The position numbers and the translations under genes are program-made. Shown here piece by piece: positions 54,531-64,000 of a stretch of DNA of 64,000 bases. Within the stretch, counting starts at the first letter, position 1; every line of letters begins with the position of its first letter. The stretch comes from a virus (taxonomy: Duplodnaviria; Caudoviricetes). The stretch is taken from positions 8,285-72,284 of the IMG/VR virus record IMGVR_UViG_3300042695_000536; one strand, 5' to 3'. The notes below the pieces were generated by a model that was not told where the DNA came from, made no database searches, and saw only the letters and a program-made list of their open reading frames with translations.

Positions 54531-57500
54531 TGGCTGACGAACAAATTGTAACCAGTATAGTCGCCAAAGCCGACTTGTCTAGCCTTGTGTCTGAAGTACA
54601 CAGGGCTAGTGCTAGTCTCCAGCAACTACAAAGAGAACTCCTTGCATCAAACAAAGCAATATCTTCTTCAACAAAATTAGCAAATAATCTATTCAGAGAT
54701 ACCTTAACTGGAAGCGGACAGTTCTCCAGCCACTTTGTAAACCTTAATTCTGATGTAGATAAATTTGGTAAAAACTTAGATGCTGGTAGACTAAAGCTTA
54801 AGAACTATTTCCAAACATTTAGAGAGCACTCTACAACTCAAAAGGGTATGATCAGGGAGCTTGCCAAAGAACAGGTAATGCTTCAAAATTCAGTACTGCA
54901 ACCTCTGGGCAGAAATGCTCAAGGTTTAATGCAATACAATGTAATGATTCCTAGAGGATTAGATGCAATAGCAAATAGCGGAAAATTAGCTCGCATGGAA
55001 ATGCAGATTATGAATCGTGCATTATCTGAAGGAGCAGGGTCTTTAATTAACTGGGGTAAAAATACTCAGTGGGCAGGTAGACAGCTTACCGTAGGACTTA
55101 CCGTTCCTCTTACTATGTTTGGAGCGGCAGCTGGAAAAGCATTTAGAGAAGCAGACGCAGAGCTTGTAAGATTAACAAAAGTTTATGGCGGTCTTGCAGC
55201 TACATCCGCTTCAGATTTAAGAGCAATTAGAGAAGAAGTTGTTGAAACAGCAAAGGTTTTATCTAAGACAATGGGTGCATCTTTTAAAGAAACTATTGCG
55301 CTAGGTGCTGATATTGCGGCAACAGGACAAACTGGTGACGAGCTTCTTGGATCAATTGCAGAAACAACAAGACTAGCAATACTCGGTGAAGTTGATAGAC
55401 AAGATGCAATGAAAGCAACTCTATCAATTCAAACAGCTTTTAAGCAAAATACAGAACAGCTAACAGAATCAATTAACTTTCTTAACGCAGTTGAAAACCA
55501 AACATCAACAACTCTTAACGATTTAGTAGAAGCTATTCCAAAAGCTGGTCCAGTAATTCAGCAATTAGGTGGTGACGTTAAAGATTTAGCTCTTTATCTA
55601 ACCGCAATGAGAGAAGGTGGAATCAGCGCATCAGAAGGTGCTAACGCTTTAAAGTCTGGTCTAGCATCTCTTATTAATCCAACAAAGCAAACCGTTGGAA
55701 TGATGTCAGAATTTGGCATAGATGTAATGGGTATGGTTTCTAAAAATACAGGAGACACAACTGGTCTTCTTATGGATTTACAAAAAGCATTAGATTCACT
55801 TGATCCACTAAGTAAAGCAAGAGCGATGGAGCAGATGTTTGGTAAGTTCCAGTTTGCAAGAATGAGCGCATTGCTTAATAACTTAGGCAAGCAAGGTAGC
55901 CAGACGCTTCAGGTTTTAGATCTAATGAAAGCAAGTACTGCAGACCTAGCAGATGTTGCTAGCCGAGAATTAAAAATGGTTACAGAGTCCGCATCTGGTA
56001 AATACAAGAGGGCTATAGAAGGCCTTAAGGCAGAGCTTGCAGATGTCGGAGAAGAGTTTCTTGGAGTTGCTACCAAGCTTATAAGCGCAGCCACAAAGAT
56101 TTTGGATTTCTTTACTAAGTTGCCTGACCCAATTAAAAAGGGATTAACATTTTTAGCTGGATTTACAGCACTGGTTGGTCCTCTTATTATGTTAACTGGT
56201 GTGCTTGCAAACTTCTTTGGATATATAACTAAGGGAGTTGTTCAACTAAGAGCATTCTTTATGAAGGCCAATGGCTGGAAGATGCTTACTCCAGAAATTA
56301 TTGCTGCTGAAAAAGCAGCACTTATGGTTGAAAATGCATTTTATTCAGATGCAGCAGCAGCTCAAGTTCTTCACAATGCGTTACAAAAGCTTGTTTTAGA
56401 TTATCAAAGTCTACAAGCGGCATCAATGAAAAATGCAGTTCCAGTAAATGGAGGAGTTAGCACTGTTGCTGGTAACCCAGTGATGGTTGGCGGAAGAAGA
56501 GTTGTAGACCCTAACGATCCATATGTTGGAGATCCTAACACTAGAGCAATGTCTCATATTAGACCAAGAGATCTAAATAATCCTGCAACTATATTTGGCG
56601 GAGTCCCAGGAGCTATCCCAGTTAATAGAGGTATATCAAGAACTCCTCAAATTTATATGCATGATAGACTTCCAAATGTTGAAGGCCTAACAAGCGTTAA
56701 GGGAATATCTACAGGAATTGTTGCGCCAGAGGCTGCCAAGTTCCATGCGCTAATGGCAACACTTGGAATGCAAACAGAACAAGAAGTTGCAGTGCTTAAG
56801 AAAACAATTGCAATGGGTGGAACTGTAAGCAGAGAACTTTTGGATACATTTGATGACATCCTTCCAATAACTCAAAGATTTGCAGATAGCGCAGCAACTC
56901 AATCTGCATTAATTGTTCAGCAAATGAGAAATGCAGAAATAACAGTTGATCAGGCTAAGGCAAGAATACTTGCACTTAATGCACAGATAGAAGCAGACAT
57001 GGGTTCTGCAGTAACAGCATATGCTGCTGGTCGAGGAAGAAGAATTGATTTAACAAGAGCCCCAATGATGGATCAACCAGTTGTTGATGCTAATGGACAA
57101 TTTACACTTAGAGATTTATACAAGAAAAAAACAAACGCTTCCGTTATGGAAGAGTTTGGAAGAGTTCGTGGCGTAAGAACATTTGGAGCACCATATAGTA
57201 TTCAAACAACAAGAATGCCTAAGTTTAATACTGGTGGAGACATTGAATCGTTTGGACCAAACAAGACTATGGTTTCTGGACCTTCTTCAATTAATTACGA
57301 CGACAGACTTGGAAGCGTTCCTCTGGGTGGATATGTTTTGAACCAGCAAGCTGCAATGGATCCAGCAAATGCCGCATTAGTTGCAATGGCTCCAAGCACA
57401 TATTTAAATGACGGTGGAAATATTACAGCAGCTCTTACTCCACGGGAAGTAGTTTTTGGTCCTCAAATTCAAAGAATGCCTGAGCTTTATGCAGCAGTTG

Positions 57501-60500
57501 ATGCCGCAAATAGCGGATACAATTTTGGTGGGCAGATCATGAGTGGCACATATGGGTATGGAAGAGAAAGCACTCTATCAATATGGGCAAGATTAGTTAA
57601 CTCTAAGGATTATCCAAAAGTAATTAGAGCAGCAACAGTTGCTTCTGATGCTGCAATCCTTTCACAACTTACTGGAATGGATATTAAAGATGCCACAAAG
57701 AGAGTTTCTGCAGATTATGATTCAGCAATAGAGCATGCTAAAAAAGCAGCAGCCAAAAATGGGACAAGAAAAACAGAAGAGTTTGTAAAGGCAAGAACAG
57801 CTCAGCTTATTAGATTGAGCAAAGAGTTCCCAGGTGCAAATTTAATTCTAGATAAATATTCAGATAAAAATAAGTACGATCAAAATGCAAAAGCAGCTCG
57901 TATGAAAGCTATAGCTCCTCAGACATATGCAGGAACAATGAGATCTGTGATTGATGATTTAGTAAAAGAAGGAGTTTTAACTCAAGCTCAAGCAAAGAAA
58001 GTCTTTGGAATTTTAGGCCAAACATCAGATTTTTACGATCCAATTTCTAAATCTCATACTATGACTGCAAAAAGATCTGCTTCAATATTTAAGCCAGGAG
58101 AGTTGCAAGCCCTGCTTGTTGAACAAGGAATGTCAAGAGCAGAAGCAGAAAAATATGCTGGTGTTACTGGAGTCAGATCAAATAATTTTGTTGGTCAATC
58201 TACTGGACTTTCAAGATCATTTAACACAATGGGCAACTGGTTACAGCAAAGTACAGATGGTGTTTTTCTAGATGAAGTTTCACCATTTAAAGACGAAGCA
58301 AAAAGCAACTTTATAGCAGGGATTAAAAAACTTAAAGCTAAGTTGGGAATTACAGGCCCTACAACAATGAAGGAAATCATTAGACAGCTTACCTTGTCGA
58401 GAATAAAATCTGGAGTGGGCTATAACTCTAAAATGGTCACAACACTTGGTGGAAGGTTGGCGGGTAGAGGAATTTCTTTTGCAAAACCAGCACTAGGTCC
58501 ACTTGCTGGAGCATTTAACAAGGGCGGAATGATTCCAGGTGGTCATATATCAAGAAGCAGAAAAAATTATGGATTTGTATCACCAGCTCTAAGACTATTA
58601 GCACCAGCACAACAACTTAAGATTTTGCAGCAAGCTCGTGAAATGTCAGCTGTAACGCCTGCTGGATATATTCCAGCATCGTATAGTCATTTGCTAACAC
58701 CAAGCACAGGAAGAAGTTTCCCAGTTCCTGGAGTTGCTGGGGTTTATCAAAACGAAGAAAAGAAAAAGGTGTTCTTTAAAGCGGTTCCAAATGAACCTAG
58801 CTTAACAGCAGAAATGCGTGGAACAGAAATTGGAAGAATCCTAGGTCTCGTAACTCCAGTTCAAGTTGCAAAATCAATTCGCAATCCACTGGACCCAACT
58901 GGCAAGTCTAGATTCCTTGGAGCAGAGTCAGATTACGATGAAGGCTTCATTAATCCAAATACATCAGTGCCTGGAAAGTTTAGTCAAGATGAAGTTCTGG
59001 ATCAATTTATTGCTTCTATGATTCTTGCAAATAAAGATTTGTCTAGATCAAATGTTCACGGAAGAAGATTGTCAGATGTTGGTAATGGTGGAGTCCTAGC
59101 TAAAGCATCTATGAATGATGATTTTGCAAAAACTATGCCTTCTATGGAAGAGATGGCGCTGGCAAACTTGTTGCAAGTCAAGGGTGGATCTAGAAAAGAT
59201 TTTGCTCGTGATACCGCTCCTATTATTGCAAAGATGACTGCAAAAGAATATGGCGATAAGATTAAAGAAAAGATGGAAGCCGCATATCCAGAATTAAAGA
59301 GATACATCAAGTCTCTTCCTAAAAAAGATAGAAAGCCTTATGATGCATTGCTTAAGAGATTTGAAGAAGGAATGGATGTTGATTGGTCTAAGTATCATGC
59401 AATGCACGTTAATCCAAAATATCTTAATGCTGGAGGACCAGTTGGTGGAGGCCCTGTTCAAAGAAGTAGATATGCTTATGGACGTAAAAAAGATGGATCT
59501 AGAGTATCAGGAAATCCAGCAAAAAGAGCTCAGCAGGAAAGATTAAAGGCTGAGCGATCAGTAACACCTGTATCTAGATCTGGATACACATCTTCGGGCA
59601 ATCCTCAAATGCAAGTACAACAAATTCCTTATGTTGGCGGAGCTGGAGTTTTTGGAAACGCATTTGGTGCATCGCAAACTGGACAATCTCAGCAGGCTAT
59701 AAACACTTTGAGACTTTCACAAATTGGTCAGCTTCCAGCAGGAATAACTAGATCTTTTAAATCTTTAACTGACTCAATTAAATTAGGCACAGTAGGATTA
59801 AGATACGGAATTATGAATTCAGGAAAATATCTGAGTTCAGCTTATGCAGATTATGCAAAAGAACGAATAAGCTCTGCAAGAACAACTACAAGAACTATTA
59901 GAGAAGGTATTTTAAGAGAGCAGTCCAAGAGGCTGTCTGCAGCATATCCAGGACAAATGATGCCGATGTACATGTCTGGACCAGGGGCTGGTGTTGGAAG
60001 CCTTGGAGCAGTTGGCGCTTGGAAAGACTCTGGAGAAGATGGAGTCAAGAGTCGTAAAGTAGGAACTTATGGCTATAGACGCCGAGAATTTATGGATGCA
60101 GATGGCAAGATCTATAACACAAAGGCTGCTAAAGCCGCAGGAATTGACACTAGAGTAAGAGGCGGAATGGGCATGGGTGCCCAAATGGGAATTGGAATGG
60201 GTGGCTCAATGGCCGCTATGTCAATGATGCAACAGGAAAAAGTTTTGGGCATGAGCGGAATGACAGCTGGATTAGCCGTTATGGGTGCCTCTACAATACT
60301 GCCCATGTTGCCATGGAAAACAATGGCAAGTTCAGTAAAATCAACTACAGCTTCTATAGTGGCATCAGTTAAAGCTTTTAAGAATGTTAAAGATGCAATT
60401 TCTAAAACAGGCGCAGCCGCAGCTGATTTTGTTAAAAAGTTTAAAGCACTCGGCGCAGTTTTATCAGTTGTTTTGGTAGGACTTGATATTTGGAAGAAGT

Positions 60501-63500
60501 ATAGCAATGCTCAACAAGATGCTGCAATGGCTCTATCCATTACCGCAAAAGGTGCTGAACAAGCTGGAATAAAATATTTCAATCTTAATCAGTACTTAAC
60601 AGACTATATTGAAAAGCAGAAATTAGCAAACGCAGCAGCACAAGGATCGAAAAGCAACTCAATAGGAATGCCTGGCATACCTCAGTCCATAGACGAAATG
60701 AAAAAGGCAAAAGAAGATGGCAAGGTCCTTAAAGAGTTAATTGAATCTATTAATAGAACTTCAAGCACAGGTGAACTTCAAAGATTAATAAATAATCAAA
60801 AAGCACAATATGTTGCAGGAGGCTTAAGTATAGAGCAAGCAAACTCCATGATATATGGAGCAATTGCTAATAGCGAAAAGGCTTCACAGGCTTACAAGTT
60901 GTTGGCAGATCAAGGCTTTGGCGCAATTCAAGATAAATCAACTGCAGCAGAATATGCTGTTAGCAATTTAGTAAACACATTAAATAACAATAAGTCAGTA
61001 TGGCAGATATTTAATACTAAAGATGTAAGCTTGTGGAACCCAATGTCTCCATATAACGCTATAACAGATACTTTTGCAGATGCTAACGCACAAAAGAAAG
61101 CTGTTATCTCTGGTTTTGAAAGCATGATTGGCATAGTTAACGCAGGCACTCAAGCGCTCATTGGAACAAAAAATGCTCAAGGAGATCTTATTGATGAGCA
61201 TGAAGCATATCAAACAATATTGGCCAGCACAGAAAAGAATATACCTGAATTTAATATTCCAATTGGCAAAGATACGTATGATACTTTGGTAGAGATGAGC
61301 CCAAAGCTAGCAGAAATTACAAATAAGTTTGATACATTAAAATCAATTATAGCAAAAACTAAACTGTTTACTTCTGGAATTAATATTGATCTAAAGGCTA
61401 TCGATGCTAATTTAGCTATAAAGCTAGCTGGATTTACTGCAGCAATTGGATCAGGTATTTCTGAATTAACTAAAGCTGGTGATGAAAATAATACATATGG
61501 GTCAACTGGCAAGGTATTAAAGAGACTGCAAGAATCAATTTTAGCTACTTCAGCAGCTTCACAAAAAGCAGCAGCAGTTTCTCAAAGAAACATTCAGGAA
61601 GAAATAAAATTAATTGCTAAAAAAATTAGCCTTATTGAAGATGAAAAAAATAAAAAGCTAGAATCTTTAAGAGCAACTCAAGACGCATCTAACTATGCAT
61701 TAGAATTGCAAAAACTTCAAATAGAATATGCGGACGCTGTTGCTCGTGGAGATGTTTCTGGCGCAGCCAGAGCAAGAATAAGCATTGACCAGCTTACATC
61801 TAATAGACAGGCAGACTTAGCTGAAAAAGCAATACAAGATGAAGCAGCTAGACTAAAAGCTATTGAGCAAAAGAAAATAGATGCAAAACAAGCTGCAGCT
61901 GATAAAAAAGCAATTGCTTTCCAGGACAGACAAGATAATGCAACAAATGCTGCTGCAGTTATGGATGTAGTTAAAGGATTTAAAGCAACTTACGATGAGA
62001 TAACCGCTTTAAGAATAACAAATAGCATGATGCCAGAAAGCGAAGCGAAAAGAAAGGCGGAGGCCCAGCTTGTCGGCAAGCTAGACGATTTGCTTAAAAA
62101 AGTTGGTGTAGCTGGAACTGGATCAAGCGAAACCGCAAAAGCTATAAGAGAATCTTTTGCCCAGTACTTTAATAAAGATGGAACAGTAAAGAAGGTTTAT
62201 GTTGAATCTCCTGGTTTACCTGACGCTACAACCAGGGGTGTAACCGCAACAACAATTACCACTTTAAATAAAGATATTTTAAAGATACTTGATAGAGACG
62301 TTGCATTGGTATCTAGTATGGCTACTCAGATTACTGGAGGTAAAGGCTACTCGATAAAAACAATGACTGAAGAAATCGTTGCTGCTCTAAAAGGAAAAGG
62401 CACTGGAACTTATTCTGACCCAATAAATGCTGGAACGACTGTTGGACAATTGGGTAAGAGTTCTATTAATTGGGGAGATAAGTATGATCCAAATAGCAGT
62501 AGAGAACAGGTAAAAAAGTTTGCCCAAAAGAAAGGTTATAAGCCAGGAACTAACTTTTACTTTAGAGAAGCCGATGGAACAATAAAACAATTTGTTGTAC
62601 TTAAGGATGGTAACATCCAGCTACAAAAAATTACTACAAAAGCTGATGGTGGGCCAGTCAGAGGTGAAGGAACTGGAACATCAGATTCAATTCCAGCAAT
62701 GCTTTCAAATGGAGAATATGTAGTTAGAGCATCTTCTGTTGCAAAATATGGCGTAGAGGCACTTGATGCATTAAATGCACAAAAGCTACATAAGGGAGGG
62801 CCAGTTGGCCATAGACATGGAAGAAATTTACCAGGGTCAAAATTTAGATGGAATCCATATGATGAAGACATGCCAGATTACTGGAGTGATGGAAGTCCTT
62901 CAGGAAGTCCTTATACTCAAAGATGGGGAGCGCTAAGATACGGTCCTGCCAAGGGTAAAGATATTTGGGGCGGAACAGAGATACCAGGACTTCCGTTTAG
63001 TGGAAAGATAGCTAATCGCTCAGATTACTGGCATCAGATAGCCGAGCAGCCTATTAAGTATAGTGGGCCAGGAATGGGTCTTGACAAGGATCCAATGCGT
63101 TACGCAGGATCTGGAGCTTCTATGGGAGGCATTGGAAACGGCGTTTACGGACCTGGTTTTATGACATTTGCAACTGGCGGTTTCGTAGGTAATAAAAACG
63201 GTAACTGGTTTAGTAAGTTTAATCCAGTAAATGCTATCACCTCATTTATAGAGGGGATAGGTAGCGGAATGATGGGTCGCCAAACTCAGGGCAAAGCTAC
63301 CAATGTTAAGCTTGGATTAACGCAGCAAGAAAAAGATAGAGCTCTACTGCAAACAGCACAAATGCTTTCAGGTTATACATCAGCATTTAATTTAAAGAAT
63401 AATACTAGCCCAGAAATTTTTGGAAGTAAGTCTCTAGGTGTTTCAGCTGACTTACTTGCACTGCTACCAGCCATTGGCGGATTAACTAAGCTAGCTACTA

Positions 63501-64000
63501 ACTCAACATCATTATTATCTAAGCCTGCTGCTATATCTCAAAATTCTGCAAAGCTATCAATTGAAAATGGTATTTTAAGGTTTAAAAAATCTCTTCCTAA
63601 CGATGGTGTAAAAATAAATACCAAAACTGGTATAAATAATTTGTTGTCTAAGGTAGCAGCTGACGATGCAATTCCTTACAACCTTGCAAGAGACTTTAAA
63701 ATGACATCAACTTCTGCTGGTGAATACAGTCCAAATAAAACAACAATAACAATGCCACCAAGTGGAATGAGTGGGGGAACTGCAGTCCATGAGTATGCTC
63801 ATCATTTAGACTTTACAACTAAAAATTGGTCTTTCGATGCTTGGCTAAATTCAGCAAAAGATAATTTTGATGATGGTGCACTAGCATATCTTAGAAAAGC
63901 TTATGATTCTGCACAAGAAATTAAATTAGGTCAAGGCCAAGCTGCTATAGAAAATATATTAACAAATTTTTCTAGTAAAAATCCAAATTTAATTGGAAAC
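54530..64000 (+). CDS. Tape-measure protein with cargo domains (3' truncated, >3100 aa)
   Basis: ATG 54530; frame spot-checked open; TP901-type core about 55050-56250; kinase-like domain about 58700-59410; HEYAH at 63788-63802. Confidence 0.9.
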   Translation, partial: MADEQIVTSIVAKADLSSLVSEVHRASASLQQLQRELLASNKAISSSTKLANNLFRDTLTGSGQFSSHFVNLNSDVDKFGKNLDAGRLKLKNYFQTFREHSTTQKGMIRELAKEQVMLQNSVLQPLGRNAQGLMQYNVMIPRGLDAIANSGKLARMEMQIMNRALSEGAGSLINWGKNTQWAGRQLTVGLTVPLTMFGAAAGKAFREADAELVRLTKVYGGLAATSASDLRAIREEVVETAKVLSKTMGASFKETIALGADIAATGQTGDELLGSIAETTRLAILGEVDRQDAMKATLSIQTAFKQNTEQLTESINFLNAVENQTSTTLNDLVEAIPKAGPVIQQLGGDVKDLALYLTAMREGGISASEGANALKSGLASLINPTKQTVGMMSEFGIDVMGMVSKNTGDTTGLLMDLQKALDSLDPLSKARAMEQMFGKFQFARMSALLNNLGKQGSQTLQVLDLMKASTADLADVASRELKMVTESASGKYKRAIEGLKAELADVGEEFLGVATKLISAATKILDFFTKLPDPIKKGLTFLAGFTALVGPLIMLTGVLANFFGYITKGVVQLRAFFMKANGWKMLTPEIIAAEKAALMVENAFYSDAAAAQVLHNALQKLVLDYQSLQAASMKNAVPVNGGVSTVAGNPVMVGGRRVVDPNDPYVGDPNTRAMSHIRPRDLNNPATIFGGVPGAIPVNRGISRTPQIYMHDRLPNVEGLTSVKGISTGIVAPEAAKFHALMATLGMQTEQEVAVLKKTIAMGGTVSRELLDTFDDILPITQRFADSAATQSALIVQQMRNAEITVDQAKARILALNAQIEADMGSAVTAYAAGRGRRIDLTRAPMMDQPVVDANGQFTLRDLYKKKTNASVMEEFGRVRGVRTFGAPYSIQTTRMPKFNTGGDIESFGPNKTMVSGPSSINYDDRLGSVPLGGYVLNQQAAMDPANAALVAMAPSTYLNDGGNITAALTPREVVFGPQIQRMPELYAAVDAANSGYNFGGQIMSGTYGYGRESTLSIWARLVNSKDYPKVIRAATVASDAAILSQLTGMDIKDATKRVSADYDSAIEHAKKAAAKNGTRKTEEFVKARTAQLIRLSKEFPGANLILDKYSDKNKYDQNAKAARMKAIAPQTYAGTMRSVIDDLVKEGVLTQAQAKKVFGILGQTSDFYDPISKSHTMTAKRSASIFKPGELQALLVEQGMSRAEAEKYAGVTGVRSNNFVGQSTGLSRSFNTMGNWLQQSTDGVFLDEVSPFKDEAKSNFIAGIKKLKAKLGITGPTTMKEIIRQLTLSRIKSGVGYNSKMVTTLGGRLAGRGISFAKPALGPLAGAFNKGGMIPGGHISRSRKNYGFVSPALRLLAPAQQLKILQQAREMSAVTPAGYIPASYSHLLTPSTGRSFPVPGVAGVYQNEEKKKVFFKAVPNEPSLTAEMRGTEIGRILGLVTPVQVAKSIRNPLDPTGKSRFLGAESDYDEGFINPNTSVPGKFSQDEVLDQFIASMILANKDLSRSNVHGRRLSDVGNGGVLAKASMNDDFAKTMPSMEEMALANLLQVKGGSRKDFARDTAPIIAKMTAKEYGDKIKEKMEAAYPELKRYIKSLPKKDRKPYDALLKRFEEGMDVDWSKYHAMHVNPKYLNAGGPVGGGPVQRSRYAYGRKKDGSRVSGNPAKRAQQERLKAERSVTPVSRSGYTSSGNPQMQVQQIPYVGGAGVFGNAFGASQTGQSQQAINTLRLSQIGQLPAGITRSFKSLTDSIKLGTVGLRYGIMNSGKYLSSAYADYAKERISSARTTTRTIREGILREQSKRLSAAYPGQMMPMYMSGPGAGVGSLGAVGAWKDSGEDGVKSRKVGTYGYRRREFMDADGKIYNTKAAKAAGIDTRVRGGMGMGAQMGIGMGGSMAAMSMMQQEKVLGMSGMTAGLAVMGASTILPMLPWKTMASSVKSTTASIVASVKAFKNVKDAISKTGAAAADFVKKFKALGAVLSVVLVGLDIWKKYSNAQQDAAMALSITAKGAEQAGIKYFNLNQYLTDYIEKQKLANAAAQGSKSNSIGMPGIPQSIDEMKKAKEDGKVLKELIESINRTSSTGELQRLINNQKAQYVAGGLSIEQANSMIYGAIANSEKASQAYKLLADQGFGAIQDKSTAAEYAVSNLVNTLNNNKSVWQIFNTKDVSLWNPMSPYNAITDTFADANAQKKAVISGFESMIGIVNAGTQALIGTKNAQGDLIDEHEAYQTILASTEKNIPEFNIPIGKDTYDTLVEMSPKLAEITNKFDTLKSIIAKTKLFTSGINIDLKAIDANLAIKLAGFTAAIGSGISELTKAGDENNTYGSTGKVLKRLQESILATSAASQKAAAVSQRNIQEEIKLIAKKISLIEDEKNKKLESLRATQDASNYALELQKLQIEYADAVARGDVSGAARARISIDQLTSNRQADLAEKAIQDEAARLKAIEQKKIDAKQAAADKKAIAFQDRQDNATNAAAVMDVVKGFKATYDEITALRITNSMMPESEAKRKAEAQLVGKLDDLLKKVGVAGTGSSETAKAIRESFAQYFNKDGTVKKVYVESPGLPDATTRGVTATTITTLNKDILKILDRDVALVSSMATQITGGKGYSIKTMTEEIVAALKGKGTGTYSDPINAGTTVGQLGKSSINWGDKYDPNSSREQVKKFAQKKGYKPGTNFYFREADGTIKQFVVLKDGNIQLQKITTKADGGPVRGEGTGTSDSIPAMLSNGEYVVRASSVAKYGVEALDALNAQKLHKGGPVGHRHGRNLPGSKFRWNPYDEDMPDYWSDGSPSGSPYTQRWGALRYGPAKGKDIWGGTEIPGLPFSGKIANRSDYWHQIAEQPIKYSGPGMGLDKDPMRYAGSGASMGGIGNGVYGPGFMTFATGGFVGNKNGNWFSKFNPVNAITSFIEGIGSGMMGRQTQGKATNVKLGLTQQEKDRALLQTAQMLSGYTSAFNLKNNTSPEIFGSKSLGVSADLLALLPAIGGLTKLATNSTSLLSKPAAISQNSAKLSIENGILRFKKSLPNDGVKINTKTGINNLLSKVAADDAIPYNLARDFKMTSTSAGEYSPNKTTITMPPSGMSGGTAVHEYAHHLDFTTKNWSFDAWLNSAKDNFDDGALAYLRKAYDSAQEIKLGQGQAAIENILTNFSSKNPNLIGN

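Noticed and set aside
55594-62871. Short - strand ORFs and 59340..59546
   Set aside because: Antisense or off-frame shadows within the long tape-measure ORF, which the track omitted because it has no stop in the window

Overview
A 64-kb segment of a large, AT-rich, long-tailed dsDNA phage. The host is very probably an actinobacterium (leaderless genes, an Lsr2-like mini-protein, actinobacterial operator motifs); a freshwater acI/Nanopelagicales-type host is inferred, not shown. Layout: (1) 1-6.9 kb, + strand accessory genes: sulfotransferase-like protein, three 2OG-Fe(II) oxygenases, GroES, a Gnt1/GT60-like glycosyltransferase and tiny Zn-binding proteins. (2) About 7.0-19.8 kb, a - strand cluster of small putative early genes with tRNA-Asp, DUF932 and an Api92/YubB-like gene. 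Its control regions carry 15 TGTCAG-N10-TAnnnT promoters matching the actinobacterial PafBC/RecA-NDp DNA-damage promoter, plus CRP/GlxR boxes, paired DnaA boxes, GACAC motifs and an MraZ-type triple repeat; a parS palindrome lies just outside it. (3) 20-26.6 kb: tRNA-Ile(UAU), TylF methyltransferase, lysozyme-like protein, class II RNR and a holin-like gene. (4) 26.6-45.3 kb: tail/fibre genes including an FN3 protein with a (PPFF)n tail, directly followed by six prolyl-hydroxylase-like oxygenases, two DUF6065-like genes and an FkbM-like methyltransferase. (5) 45.3-64 kb: portal, protease/scaffold, major capsid, head-tail genes, major tail, frameshifting tail chaperone and a >3100-aa tape-measure protein with embedded kinase-like and HExxH domains. 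Family assignments come from motif recognition by eye; no searches were run.
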